Origin: an uncultured Fibrobacterota bacterium
Lineage (GTDB): Bacteria > Fibrobacterota > Chitinivibrionia > Chitinivibrionales > FEN-1185
Assembly: GCA_963753345.1 (NCBI GenBank)
Contig: CAVWBU010000027.1
Location: 128,001 to 192,000 of the forward strand
Direction: 5' to 3'
DNA: 64,000 nucleotides
Shown here: in pieces, positions 38,415 to 48,966 of the stretch
How the letters are laid out: each line of letters begins with the position of its first letter
How positions within the stretch are numbered: position 1 is the first letter of the stretch
The notes under the pieces: generated by a model
What the model was told of the DNA's origin: nothing
Seen by the model: the letters and a program-made list of their open reading frames with translations, nothing else
Databases searched by the model: none
Translations under genes and position numbers: made by a program

Positions 38415-39482
38415 ATGATTATCCACCTTTGCAAAGATGCTTCTCCCCAGGAAAAGCAGGAAGTCATCGACAGAATCCAGGCCGCGGGGCTCAAGCACGA
38501 ATATCTTCATTCCACGACGGGTATCACCCTCATCGGCGTGCTGGGCGACACGAGCGCCATTGAAGAAGGCTACTTCCTCGAGCTATCTTGCGTTGACAAG
38601 GTGATACGGATTTCACGCCCGTACAAACTTGTCTCCCGCGAATTTTCCAGCACGTCAAAAATCATTTCTGCGGGAGACGTTGCCATAGGCGGGGAGAAAC
38701 TGGTTATAATGGCCGGGCCCTGCGCGCTTGAAAACGAAAAGCAGATTGAAGCCATTGCGGGCTACGTTGCGGCACTTGGCATTCCGGTCATGCGCGGCGG
38801 CGCCTACAAGCCGCGGACCTCACCCTACGCGTTTCAGGGCATGGGGCTCGAAGGACTGAAGCTTCTGGCCGCGATGAGAAAGAAATACGGGGTCAAGATC
38901 GTCACCGAGGCCACCGGTCTTCACCGGCACATCACCCGGGACGGCGGCAGGGAAGACAGGACCGTCCTCGAAAACGTCATCGAATACGCGGACATCATCC
39001 AGGTGGGCGCCCGCAACATGAAGGCGTACGGGTTTCTTCAGGAACTGGCGCTCTTGACAAAGGACAATAAGAAACCCGTCCTGCTCAAGCGCGGAGAATC
39101 CTCGACGCTCAAAGACTTCCTGCTCGCCGCGGAATACCTTGTCGCAAACGGCAACCCGAACGTTATCCTGTGCCTGCGCGGGATACGCACCTTCGAGGAG
39201 GAGAAATTTCAGCGCTACACCGCGGACGTGGGCGCGATCCCGGTGCTCAAGAAAGAATCAAATCTTCCCGTAATTTTTGATCCGTCGCATGCTACCGGCT
39301 ACCGGGCAAATGTGTACCACCTGAGTCTTGCGGCGGTCGCCGCGGGCGCGGACGGTCTTATCATCGAAACCCATAACGATCCTGCGCATGCGCTGTGCGA
39401 TGGAGAACAATGCGTCACCAGGGACCAGCTGGAAAAAATAAGGGACGACGCAGCCAGAATACGCTCAGTGGTGGTCACATGA
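38415..39482 (+). CDS. aroF: DAHP synthase (class I-beta with N-terminal regulatory domain)
   Basis: [55 protein letters not shown]. Confidence 0.93.
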   Translation: MIIHLCKDASPQEKQEVIDRIQAAGLKHEYLHSTTGITLIGVLGDTSAIEEGYFLELSCVDKVIRISRPYKLVSREFSSTSKIISAGDVAIGGEKLVIMAGPCALENEKQIEAIAGYVAALGIPVMRGGAYKPRTSPYAFQGMGLEGLKLLAAMRKKYGVKIVTEATGLHRHITRDGGREDRTVLENVIEYADIIQVGARNMKAYGFLQELALLTKDNKKPVLLKRGESSTLKDFLLAAEYLVANGNPNVILCLRGIRTFEEEKFQRYTADVGAIPVLKKESNLPVIFDPSHATGYRANVYHLSLAAVAAGADGLIIETHNDPAHALCDGEQCVTRDQLEKIRDDAARIRSVVVT

Positions 39483-40528
39483 GCGCGCGTACAGACGGAT
39501 GCACGCGGCAGCGTACGCAAATTCAAGAACCTGGCGTAAGCATCGTGGCGGAATTCGCGCGGGAGCTCCACGAGTCGCTCCCGGAAATCAAGCACCGGAC
39601 GCCCATTTCGGCGCAGTATCCTTCGAAAAGCGAGCGGCTCGCGGACATACGCGTGGTCGTGTTCGACATTTACGGAACGCTTTTCAACTACTGGCGGCCC
39701 GAATTCGGCAGCGAACAGACGAAGAAAACGGCGCTGCTTTCGGCTTTTGAAAAAACGGCGACCCGGTTCGGCATGAAGAAATTTCTCCTTGAGATGAATC
39801 CGGACGAGCCGGCGGAAAAAACGCTGAGTGACCTGTACCACGGACTCATCACGCTCAAGCATGAGCTTGCCGCGGAAAAGAAGATCGAGTTTCCGGAAAT
39901 CAGGATCGAGAGAGTCTGGGAAGCGGTCGTGCTCATGCTCAGGCGAAGGGGCTACGAACCTGCGCGCTTCAACGTCGGCGGCGACAGTGACTTTGTCAAG
40001 TGCGTAGCGTATTGCTACAATTTTTTCTCATTTGCCCGCGGTCTCTATCCGGGGGTTTACGAAACGCTTGCGCGGCTGCAATCCGCAAACATCCGGCTGG
40101 GGATCGTGTCGAACGCGCAGTTCTACACGCTTATCGACCTGTCGCTGTTTCTGCGCGATCAGAGCGCCGGCGCGTGCGATGATTACCTCCGGCTCTTCGA
40201 CCCGAACCTGACGTTGTTCTCGTTCGAGTACGGCGTGGCCAAACCGCATCCGCTCCTGTTCAGAAAGCTCTTCGACGCGCTGTATGAATACCACGTTCTC
40301 CCTTCACAGGCGCTTTTTGTCGGGAACGATCTTGCCGCCGACATTCGCCCGGCGCAGGAAGCGGGAATGAAGACTGCATTCTTCGCCGGCGACGACAAGA
40401 GCGCGTTCATGCACACGCAAGAAGGCGCGGTTGTTCCTGACATCACCTTCTCGTCGTGGAACGAGCTTGCCGGCCGGATATCGTTTCATGCCGGTACGGT
40501 CAATGAGACGGAGAAAGGACCCGAATGA
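39479..40528 (+). CDS. HAD-family hydrolase
   Basis: VVFDIYGTL, GIVSNAQFYT, AKP, FVGNDLAADI; ATGA overlap with aroF. Confidence 0.88.
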   Translation: MSARTDGCTRQRTQIQEPGVSIVAEFARELHESLPEIKHRTPISAQYPSKSERLADIRVVVFDIYGTLFNYWRPEFGSEQTKKTALLSAFEKTATRFGMKKFLLEMNPDEPAEKTLSDLYHGLITLKHELAAEKKIEFPEIRIERVWEAVVLMLRRRGYEPARFNVGGDSDFVKCVAYCYNFFSFARGLYPGVYETLARLQSANIRLGIVSNAQFYTLIDLSLFLRDQSAGACDDYLRLFDPNLTLFSFEYGVAKPHPLLFRKLFDALYEYHVLPSQALFVGNDLAADIRPAQEAGMKTAFFAGDDKSAFMHTQEGAVVPDITFSSWNELAGRISFHAGTVNETEKGPE

Positions 40529-43500
40529 TGATGCGAACGTTTCATGCGGTTGTTTTTGCGGCATGCGCGGCGACTTCGTCCTTGGCCGGACAGGCGCCCG
40601 TCAATTTTTTTGCAGATTCCATAGGCAGTATCGACGCGCTGCCGGCGGCGCTCCTGCGCGGCGCGCAGGAAGCTTACGACGTGAACATGAAGGGGCTCGA
40701 TGCGCTGGACAGGGGAGACCTCGACAGCGCGGCGGCGTTTTTTTCAAAGGCCATGTCGCTGGTTCCGAATTATTCCGACGCCCACAATAACATGGGCGTG
40801 GTGCATTTCCGCAAGGGGAACATCCGGGAAGCGCTTGCGATATGGGAGTCGGTCACCAAGAGCGACCCGGAGTACGCCACCGCATACTACAACATGGGCG
40901 TTGCCGATTATCACGACAAAAATTACCAGGCATGCGTGCCGCTTCTGAAAAAGGCGGTCGGACTCAACAGAAGATTCGTGGAGGCCCTTATCATGCTCGG
41001 CCGCGTCGACCTCGCGCTCGACAGAAAAAAGGACGCGGTGGCGAATTTCCGCGAAGCGGCGAAGGCCGGTCCTGACCGGCCTGACGCCTGGCAGTTTCTG
41101 GCCTACGGCCTTTTTCGTGACAACGACACGGCCGGCGCGGTTTCGGTCCTGTCGAAGCATCAGGACAATGCCCCGACGCTCAAAATGCTCGGCGAGATCG
41201 AATCGTTCCGCAAGAACTACAAGGCCGCATCGGCCTATTTCGCGGAGGCGGTTTCGCGGGGCGGAAACGCGGAGGAACTTGTCAACCTTGCGTCTGCACA
41301 GGTTGACGAACACAACTGCAAAGAGGCGATTGCCACACTCAAGCTGTATGCCTCGAAGGTCTCGGTGCAGTCTGCCGACGCATACCTGTATGGGGGAATT
41401 GCGTCAAAGGACTGCGGCGACATGACGGGCGCACGCGCATATTTTGAAAAGGGACTTGCAAAATATCCCGCAGACGCCATTCTCAGGTACAATCTGGGCC
41501 AGATTTACTTCCAGCTCAAGCTCTTCGATCAGGCGGAAGCAATGTGGAACACGGTGAGCGATTCCCTCAATGATCCGTCGCTGTATTACCTCCGCGCGCT
41601 CAACGCACGCCGAAAGGGGAACCTCGATCTCGCCGAAAATTATGTGAGAAGCGCACTGCGTCGTGATGAGCGGCCGGAATACCTCGACCTCCTCGGCGTG
41701 CTGCTTTACGCAAAAGGAAACAAGGAGGAGGCCACGGCCAGTTTCAAGAAAGCTCTCAGGCTCGATCCGGAACTCCGGTCCGCGCAGCTGAACCTTGCGC
41801 TTGTTTCGCAATCGAAGGACGAACTCGAAAAATCGGCCATCGATCTTGAAAAGGACCGCAGCGAATGCAGGAGCAAGTGTCAGGACATTGCGCTCCGGCT
41901 CTCAATTGTCTACTACAACATGGGACAGGCGGACAAAGCCGCGCGTCTCCTTGAAGCGCTTCCCGACGGGGAGAAGAATGAGCGGATATTCCGACACCTG
42001 GCGCTTTTTCACCGCGAGCTTCACGAATGGGACAAGGCCATCCGGACGCTCGAAAAGGCGAAAACGTTTTTTATTCTCGACCTGCAGACCGAATATGAGC
42101 TGGCCGAGGATTACCTCTTTTCGGGCGATAACCGCAAAGCAATTGACGCGCTCAACGACCTGCTGGGAAAATGGGACCAGAATCCATGGCGAATCTATTA
42201 CCAGCTCGGGTATGCGTACATGGAAATGAAGGAGTTTTCCAAAGCAAAAACAGCCCTTGCGCAAAGCCTTAAGAAGAAACCGGATAATCTTGCCGCCCAA
42301 GGGGTTATGGCATACATCCTTAACCAGGAAGGGGATGTTGTGCAAGCAAGGACAATCTGGGAAAAGACGCTCAAGGAAGATCCGTCGAATAGTGGATTGC
42401 TTATCAACATGGGACTCTCGCTTGAAAAGGACGGCAGGTACGAAGAGGCGCTTGGGTACTACGAAAAGGCTCAATTGCTCAATCGCGACGACAACGCGAT
42501 CCAGATCAACATCGGCAATGCTTACAGCGGAATGGAAAAGAACCGTGACGCCGCCAAGGCGTACACGGCGGCGCTTAATTCTCCAAAGCGCAACCTTGCG
42601 GCGTACGACCTTTTTCTCATTGCGCAGAAGACCACCGACGAAACGACTGCAGGCTCGATGCTTGCCATTCTCAAGTCCGAATTTCCGTCGTCGGCATACA
42701 CAGCGCGGGCACAGGCGGACATGAGCCTGTGGAAAAAGGACACGGCGGCCGCGCTTGCAAAACTGGAATCCCTCGGCGAAAAAGACCCGGGCGACTACGT
42801 TGCCCTCGCGCGGATTTATGCGAACAGGAAAATCTTCGACAAGGCGACCGCTTGCCTGACGAAGCTTCCTGCCGAACCGTACTGGGAAAAGGCCCGGACC
42901 GGCGTCATGGCGCAGATAGATTTCCTCTCGGGAAACTATGTCCGCGCTCTTGCCGAATTGAAAACCATCGGCGACACCGGCTTTGCGGCCATGTACAACA
43001 TGGCGGTCGCGGCCTTCAACGCGAAGGAGTACCCCGACGCCGTGGCCATCGGGGAAAAAATCGTTTCCAAGGCAAGGGGTGAAGACCGTGCGGATGTGTG
43101 CAGGCTGGCAGGCAACGCGGCCATGGGTGAGAAACAGTGGAAGAAGGCCCAAGAATGGTATCAGCAACTCGAAGACCTCAAGCGCAGCGACCCTCTCGTG
43201 CAGTACAACCTTGCCGTGATCTGCTACAACCTGGGCAGCATTGAGGAATCGTGGACATACTATCAGAAGGCGCGCGCGCTCGACTCGCGGCTTCAAAACC
43301 AGGACATCGAAAAACGGTACGCACTCCTTCATTCCGACAAAGGGGCGATTTTGCAGATCTTGGACTCGGTTGACTATTGGTACAATGCGGCGGTTTCGAT
43401 ACAGGACAGCGCGCACGACAGCGCCGCCGGGGCAAACGCCGAGGCGTACTATAAAAAGATCCTTGAGAAAAATCCGACCTACTACAGGGCGTGGAACAAC

Positions 43501-43743
43501 CTGGGAGCGATTTACTCCGGAAGGGGAGAACTCGACAGGGCGGTGGAATGTTATCTCAAGTCAATCGAACGACAGCATGATCTGCCTGAAGCGTACGCCA
43601 ATCTTGTGAACATCTACATCGAAATGAAGAACGTCAAGGAGGCGCAGCGCTGGATCATCAAGGGCCTGGGCCACAATCCGGACAGCGAGATTCTCAAGGA
43701 GCTGGATGTCAAGGTGAAGCAATTGGCAAAGAAGAAAATGTAA
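40525..43743 (+). CDS. Large exported TPR protein
   Basis: Signal peptide and many TPR units (AHNNMG, AYYNMG, RYNLGQ, YYQLG, AWNNLG). Confidence 0.9.
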   Translation: MMMRTFHAVVFAACAATSSLAGQAPVNFFADSIGSIDALPAALLRGAQEAYDVNMKGLDALDRGDLDSAAAFFSKAMSLVPNYSDAHNNMGVVHFRKGNIREALAIWESVTKSDPEYATAYYNMGVADYHDKNYQACVPLLKKAVGLNRRFVEALIMLGRVDLALDRKKDAVANFREAAKAGPDRPDAWQFLAYGLFRDNDTAGAVSVLSKHQDNAPTLKMLGEIESFRKNYKAASAYFAEAVSRGGNAEELVNLASAQVDEHNCKEAIATLKLYASKVSVQSADAYLYGGIASKDCGDMTGARAYFEKGLAKYPADAILRYNLGQIYFQLKLFDQAEAMWNTVSDSLNDPSLYYLRALNARRKGNLDLAENYVRSALRRDERPEYLDLLGVLLYAKGNKEEATASFKKALRLDPELRSAQLNLALVSQSKDELEKSAIDLEKDRSECRSKCQDIALRLSIVYYNMGQADKAARLLEALPDGEKNERIFRHLALFHRELHEWDKAIRTLEKAKTFFILDLQTEYELAEDYLFSGDNRKAIDALNDLLGKWDQNPWRIYYQLGYAYMEMKEFSKAKTALAQSLKKKPDNLAAQGVMAYILNQEGDVVQARTIWEKTLKEDPSNSGLLINMGLSLEKDGRYEEALGYYEKAQLLNRDDNAIQINIGNAYSGMEKNRDAAKAYTAALNSPKRNLAAYDLFLIAQKTTDETTAGSMLAILKSEFPSSAYTARAQADMSLWKKDTAAALAKLESLGEKDPGDYVALARIYANRKIFDKATACLTKLPAEPYWEKARTGVMAQIDFLSGNYVRALAELKTIGDTGFAAMYNMAVAAFNAKEYPDAVAIGEKIVSKARGEDRADVCRLAGNAAMGEKQWKKAQEWYQQLEDLKRSDPLVQYNLAVICYNLGSIEESWTYYQKARALDSRLQNQDIEKRYALLHSDKGAILQILDSVDYWYNAAVSIQDSAHDSAAGANAEAYYKKILEKNPTYYRAWNNLGAIYSGRGELDRAVECYLKSIERQHDLPEAYANLVNIYIEMKNVKEAQRWIIKGLGHNPDSEILKELDVKVKQLAKKKM

Positions 43744-43756
43744 GGGGAGGTCATAT

Positions 43757-43903
43757 ATGAAGTCAACCACCAACCGCTATCGTCCTCCCCGCATCCGCTA
43801 CGAGCTCGACGATTGGCGCAGAAAAAAGCCGCAGGCCGATGCCGCTCCGCAATTCGGCAAACAGGCGCTGGGATACGGGAGGCGCAAAAAGGGAAAATCA
43901 TGA
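43757..43903 (+). CDS. Small basic protein, 48 aa (below ORF-track cutoff)
   Basis: GGGGAGGT RBS, then MKSTTNRYRPPRIRYELDDWRRKKPQADAAPQFGKQALGYGRRKKGKS*. Confidence 0.55.
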   Translation: MKSTTNRYRPPRIRYELDDWRRKKPQADAAPQFGKQALGYGRRKKGKS

Positions 43904-43986
43904 ACAACGGGATGCCTTCATATATTTTTGTCTGAAAATCAATTCACCGCGGTTATCTCGTACCCGGTGAGCGCACGGAGGAACTG

Positions 43987-45312
43987 ATGGATTACATGGA
44001 GTCCGTTCTGATTGTCGGTGGCGGAGGCCGCGAGCATGCGATGGTCAAGGCATTGCTGCGTTCCGATAGGCCGCTGTGCCTCTACGCCTATCCGGGAAAT
44101 CCCGGCATGCAGAACGACGGCTGCACGCTCGTCGACGGCGGCGTTACGGACTGGAACGAACTCGCGGCCTGGGTTGACAAGAACGAAATAGACCTCACCA
44201 TCGTTGGCCCGGAAGCGCCGCTCGTGGAAGGCATCGCGGATATTTTCGGGAAGAGGGGACGCGCCATTTTCGGACCAAGCGCCAAGGCCGCGCAGCTGGA
44301 GGGCAGCAAGTCCTTTGCGAAGAAATTCATGAAGAAATACGGCATCCCGACCGCGGCATTTGCCGTGTTCAACGACAGAGAATCGGCCGTTTCATATGTA
44401 AAGAAACAGGGCGCGCCCATTGTCGTCAAGGCCAGCGGTCTTGCGGCGGGGAAAGGCGCAGTGGTGTGCGAGACAATTGCCGAAGCGGTGGATGCCGTCA
44501 CCGGCATGCTCGACGGCAAGGTCTTCGGCCAGGCCGGGGCGACGGTTGTGATAGAGGAAAAAATGACGGGCGAGGAAGCGTCGGTCTTCGTCCTTTCCGA
44601 CGGCGCGACGTTCAGGATACTTCCCGTTTCGCAGGACCACAAGCGCATCGGCGATAACGACGCGGGGCTCAATACCGGAGGCATGGGCGCCTACGCGCCA
44701 TGCCCGCTCGTTGACGCCAAACTGCTCGGCCGCATCGAGGAGGACATTATCGTTCCGACGCTCGACGGCATGAAAAAGGAGGGATTTCCGTACCGGGGTC
44801 TCCTGTACGCAGGCATCATGGCGACCCCGAGCGGACCCAGGGTCGTCGAATTCAACTGCCGGTTCGGGGACCCGGAGACCCAGGCCGTGCTGCCGCTTGT
44901 CGATTGCGACTGGTACGACGTGTTCAAGGCGTGCGCCACCGGAACTCTTTCGTCGGTGGAATGGCATGTGCGGTCCGGGTACTGCGTCGCGGTGGTGCTG
45001 GCATCAAAAGGATATCCGGGCAAGTACGAAAAAGGCAACATCATCACCGGCATCGAAAAAGCGGAAGGACACAAGAGCAATGTCGACGTGTACCACGCCG
45101 GCACCGCGGTCAACAAGGAGGGGCAGTTCGTCACTAACGGCGGCCGCGTGCTCACCGTGAGCGCGTGGGACGAGAATTTTTCCGATGCCATCGCAACCGC
45201 GTACGAGGCCGTCGGCGCAATTCATTTTGAGGGGATGACCTACAGGAAAGACATCGCGGCCAAGGGCATGGCGAGGCTGAAGAAACAGAAGGCGTCGCTC
45301 GGCGTGGCGTAA
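43987..45312 (+). CDS. purD: Phosphoribosylamine--glycine ligase
   Basis: GGGGREHA, VGPEAPL, LEGSK, GLAAGKG, QDHKR, NTGGMGAY, EFNCRFGDPETQ, TNGGRV. Confidence 0.97.
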   Translation: MDYMESVLIVGGGGREHAMVKALLRSDRPLCLYAYPGNPGMQNDGCTLVDGGVTDWNELAAWVDKNEIDLTIVGPEAPLVEGIADIFGKRGRAIFGPSAKAAQLEGSKSFAKKFMKKYGIPTAAFAVFNDRESAVSYVKKQGAPIVVKASGLAAGKGAVVCETIAEAVDAVTGMLDGKVFGQAGATVVIEEKMTGEEASVFVLSDGATFRILPVSQDHKRIGDNDAGLNTGGMGAYAPCPLVDAKLLGRIEEDIIVPTLDGMKKEGFPYRGLLYAGIMATPSGPRVVEFNCRFGDPETQAVLPLVDCDWYDVFKACATGTLSSVEWHVRSGYCVAVVLASKGYPGKYEKGNIITGIEKAEGHKSNVDVYHAGTAVNKEGQFVTNGGRVLTVSAWDENFSDAIATAYEAVGAIHFEGMTYRKDIAAKGMARLKKQKASLGVA

Positions 45313-45367
45313 GCTAATGCGGGCCGCAATGGCCGATCTGGGGAAAAGGCAACCAACAGGAGTGCAC

Positions 45368-45832
45368 ATGTCCGGAATGAAAGTCGCCCTCGTCATGGGT
45401 TCGAAGTCCGACAGGGAGCACGCAGAGAAGGCCGAAGCGATCCTCAAGGAATTCGGCGTGGACTTCGAAACGTTCACCCTTTCGGCCCACCGGAATCCCA
45501 ACAAGATAAAGAAATTCGCGAAAAGCGCCGAGGAAAGCGGGTTCGGCGTGATTGTCGCCATGGCCGGGCTGGCCGCGCATTTGCCGGGCGTCGTGGCAAG
45601 TCTCACGGTGCTTCCCGTCATCGGCGTGCCCATCGAGTCCGGACCGCTCCGCGGCGAGGATGCTCTTCTGTCAATCGTGCAGATGCCGCCGGGCGTCCCG
45701 GTCGCCACCGTCGGCATCGGCAACGCTAAAAACGCGGCTCTCCTTGCCGTGCAGATTCTTTCGGTGCACAACCTCAAGCTGCGCGAAAAGATGAAGGAGT
45801 ACCGCGGTCGGTTCGGGGACGACCTTGACTGA
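45368..45832 (+). CDS. purE: N5-CAIR mutase
   Basis: MGSKSD, SAHRNP, AGLAAHLPG, PVIGVP, SIVQMPPGVPVATV. Start 45368 with AGGAG RBS. Confidence 0.96.
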   Translation: MSGMKVALVMGSKSDREHAEKAEAILKEFGVDFETFTLSAHRNPNKIKKFAKSAEESGFGVIVAMAGLAAHLPGVVASLTVLPVIGVPIESGPLRGEDALLSIVQMPPGVPVATVGIGNAKNAALLAVQILSVHNLKLREKMKEYRGRFGDDLD

Positions 45833-46451
45833 ACGGATCCCTCTGGCGCCTCTTCTAACGGGCGAGGCAGGCTGCTCGGTCGCCGACCTTGCGCGCAGGA
45901 TCGAAACCGGCGCGGTCTTCATCTATCCCACCGAAACAATTTACGGCATCGGCGGCCGCGCCGACAACGCGGCTGTCGAGCGGCGCATCCGTTCCGTTAA
46001 GGAACGCAGGACTCCGGCCCCGTTTATTCTGCTCGCGGCGGACAGGAGCCGCTTCGAAACGCTCGGCCTTCGTTTCACAGGCAACGCGGCGCTTCTTGCA
46101 AACAGGTTCTGGCCAGGCCCGGTGACTCTCGTGCTGCCCGCGCCGGGTTCGGTCGCCGGCGTGGGGGTGAGGGTTTCCAGTTATCCTTTCGTCACCGCGC
46201 TCGACGCGAAGCTCGGCATGCCGATTTTCTCCACAAGCGCGAACCTGAGTGATTCGCCTTACGTCAACGATCCGGATGCGATTTTCTCGGCATTCCGTAC
46301 GCGAGTGGATTTCATGGTCGACGCGGGGGTCCTGCCGGAATCACGGCCCTCGACGGTCGTGCGCGTCAATGCCGATGATTCGCTCGAAATTCTGCGGGAG
46401 GGAATTGTGGCCCCGGAACGTATTTTTCAAACGATACGCAACCCCGGTTGA
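45825..46451 (+). CDS. tsaC: Threonylcarbamoyl-AMP synthase (YrdC/Sua5 family)
   Basis: YPTETIYGIG, K.R, FWPGPVT, STSANLS, PSTVV, LREG. Confidence 0.9.
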   Translation: MTERIPLAPLLTGEAGCSVADLARRIETGAVFIYPTETIYGIGGRADNAAVERRIRSVKERRTPAPFILLAADRSRFETLGLRFTGNAALLANRFWPGPVTLVLPAPGSVAGVGVRVSSYPFVTALDAKLGMPIFSTSANLSDSPYVNDPDAIFSAFRTRVDFMVDAGVLPESRPSTVVRVNADDSLEILREGIVAPERIFQTIRNPG

Positions 46452-46464
46452 CCGCCAACACACC

Positions 46465-48069
46465 ATGCAGCCTGCAGACCACGCATCAACGAAGTCCGGC
46501 GCCCGACCGCGCCTTCTACTCATCAATCCGTTCGCGGAAATAAAGCAGTTTATATCCAACATCGGTTTCGCAAGGCTTATCGGCAAGAGGGCGGGCACCA
46601 CGCCGCTTGCTCTTCCCTTGCTGGCCGCGCTCGCGCCCGCGCACTGGGACGTGCGGATCATCGACGAAGAACTGGAGGCGATTCCGCCCGACATTGCCGC
46701 CGACCTCGTGGGGATCACCGCGCTGACCACCACCATCGACCGCGCATACCGCATTGCGGACTCTTTCCGCACGCGCGGGATAAAAGTTGTGATGGGCGGT
46801 CCCACCGTCACGTGCAATCCGGATGAGGCGCTCACGCATGCCGACTGCGTGGTCGTGGGCGAGGCGGAGCGTGTGTGGAAGGACCTGCTTGACGGAGCGG
46901 AACACGGAACACTGGAACGGGTGTACCGTTCGCCCGCCCCTCCGGCCTACGAACGCTCGCCGGTCCCGCGGTGGGATCTGATCGACACCGAAAAAATTGC
47001 CGCGCTGTCGGTGCAGGTGTCGCGCGGCTGCCCGTTCTGCTGCGATTTCTGCCTTGTTTCGCAGCTGTTCGGCCGGACCATGCGGTACCGGGATATCGAC
47101 GACATCATGGCCGAAATACAGTCGCTCCCCAAGAAGACGCTGTTCTTTGTCGACGACAATCTCACGGCAAACAAGGAGTTCGCACGGGCGCTTATGAAGC
47201 GCCTCGCTCCGCTCGGCGTGCTGTGGATCGCGCAGGTGAGCATCGAAATTGCGGACTTCCCGGATCTTCTCGCCGACATGGCCGCCGCCGGATGCATGCA
47301 CGTTCTGGTCGGGCTCGAATCGGTGAACGAGGCCAGTCTCGGCGAGGCGCATAAGAGGCAGAACAACATCGAACGATACGCCGAGGCGATACGCACGATA
47401 CACCGCGCAGGCATTCAGGTGAATGTCTCCATGATCGTGGGGTTCGACAACGACACGCTCGCCGAATTCGCCAGGATCCGCGAATTCCTACATGCCGCCG
47501 ATGTGTGGTATGTCAATCTTAATATTCTTGACGCAATTCGGGGAACTGCGCTTTTCCGGCGGATCGTGTCCGAAGGACGGTGGTGCAACCGGGAGAACAG
47601 GCTTACGGGCGGCATGTTCCCGACATTCCGGTACAAGAACATGTCGCAGACCGAGCTGTTCGGCGCCTACTTCGAAACCCTGCGCGCGGTGTATTCGTGG
47701 GACGACCTTCTGCCGCGGATTGCGCGGTTGTTTGCGACCGGATGGTTCACACGACCCGAGCGCAACCGGGACATCCGCGTGCGCGACAAACTACGCATGA
47801 CGCTCGGGATCATCCGCAGGTTTCTCGTCGATGCGGAGCCGGCGAAGCGCAGGATATTTCTGGAACTGTTCCGTCTTATTCGCACCCGGAAAGTGGCACC
47901 GGAGAAGGTGGTATTCTTTCTCCTCACCGTTGAAGGAATCCACAGGCTATATGCGGACATCGAGCCGATGCTGCCGCAATGGCGCGCAACAATCGCGGCA
48001 CGGGACGCGGCGACGGCATCGTCGGACGCGCGCGGCCAGGTGCAAAAAAACATTTCGGAGGCTTTGTAA
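46465..48069 (+). CDS. B12-binding-domain radical SAM protein
   Basis: PLALPLLAAL, VMGGP, GEAE, SRGCPFCCDFC (CxxxCxxC), FVDDN, GLES, IVGFD. Confidence 0.9.
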   Translation: MQPADHASTKSGARPRLLLINPFAEIKQFISNIGFARLIGKRAGTTPLALPLLAALAPAHWDVRIIDEELEAIPPDIAADLVGITALTTTIDRAYRIADSFRTRGIKVVMGGPTVTCNPDEALTHADCVVVGEAERVWKDLLDGAEHGTLERVYRSPAPPAYERSPVPRWDLIDTEKIAALSVQVSRGCPFCCDFCLVSQLFGRTMRYRDIDDIMAEIQSLPKKTLFFVDDNLTANKEFARALMKRLAPLGVLWIAQVSIEIADFPDLLADMAAAGCMHVLVGLESVNEASLGEAHKRQNNIERYAEAIRTIHRAGIQVNVSMIVGFDNDTLAEFARIREFLHAADVWYVNLNILDAIRGTALFRRIVSEGRWCNRENRLTGGMFPTFRYKNMSQTELFGAYFETLRAVYSWDDLLPRIARLFATGWFTRPERNRDIRVRDKLRMTLGIIRRFLVDAEPAKRRIFLELFRLIRTRKVAPEKVVFFLLTVEGIHRLYADIEPMLPQWRATIAARDAATASSDARGQVQKNISEAL

Positions 48070-48119
48070 ACAAAAAACCCTACAACCTTGGTTACCATGA
48101 ACCTTAACAGGAGGCGAGC

Positions 48120-48659
48120 GTGAAAATGGGCTTTTTCTTTTCGGGAATTTTCTGGGGCGGCATTTTGATCCTTCTCGGCATTTCGGTTATCGTCCGGATC
48201 GTGTTCAACATCCACATTCCCTTGGTGCGCATTGCGTTTGCGCTTGTCCTCATTTACCTTGGCATACGGGTGCTGGTCGGAGATTCGTGGTGCCGATGGA
48301 GCGGTAGCGGCGGAACCGCCGTCTTCAGTGAAGTAAAGACCGAGATCTCGGGCGATTCCGGCGACCACACCATTATTTTCGGGAAAGGCGTCGTGAGCCT
48401 GACCGACATGTCGCTTGCGGAAAAGGGAAAAAGAGTCAGGATAAACACGATCTTCGGCGCAGGGGAAATTCACGTGAGCCCTTCCGTGCCGGCCATCATC
48501 AGGGTGACTGCGGCGTTCAGCGGTGCCCGGATGCCCGACGGAAACATCATTTCCTTTGGAGAGTATAGTTACAAGACAAAATCATATTCCGATCCTGCCA
48601 AGGCGATAAAAGTTGACGCAACGGTGGTGTTCGGGGGCCTGGAGATAATCGAGCAATAG
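48120..48659 (+). CDS. LiaF-like membrane protein
   Basis: N-terminal TM helices (FWGGILILLG) and a beta-rich C-terminus (IIFG, TIFGAG, VVFGGLEI). Confidence 0.65.
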   Translation: MKMGFFFSGIFWGGILILLGISVIVRIVFNIHIPLVRIAFALVLIYLGIRVLVGDSWCRWSGSGGTAVFSEVKTEISGDSGDHTIIFGKGVVSLTDMSLAEKGKRVRINTIFGAGEIHVSPSVPAIIRVTAAFSGARMPDGNIISFGEYSYKTKSYSDPAKAIKVDATVVFGGLEIIEQ

Positions 48660-48966
48660 GGGCCGCCGGTAGCAAACAGAAAGAAAAGAGGCTTTTGTGG
48701 GCACTGGCCATTACCAGAAAACGGCCCTCAAAGGCCATTTTTTTTGCTTGTGCGGCCTTGTATCATCCCTGATTTTAATGGGTTAGTCCCTGTTTTGGAG
48801 GCGGTCGCTCTTACCGGGGGTAAGAAAAAAACACTGGTAAACGATCTGCAACAGGGTAATATTAGTGCAGAGAGGAATCGCGCCGGATAGACGAAATGCT
48901 ATGAGAGGCCGTCGATGTCGCAATTGTCGTGTGCGGAACCTCATTTCAGCCAGTCAGGATCTCATC

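Noticed and set aside
41902-43416. 504-aa minus-strand ORF
   Set aside because: Lies wholly antisense to the TPR gene, has no motifs, and is a typical GC-rich shadow ORF.
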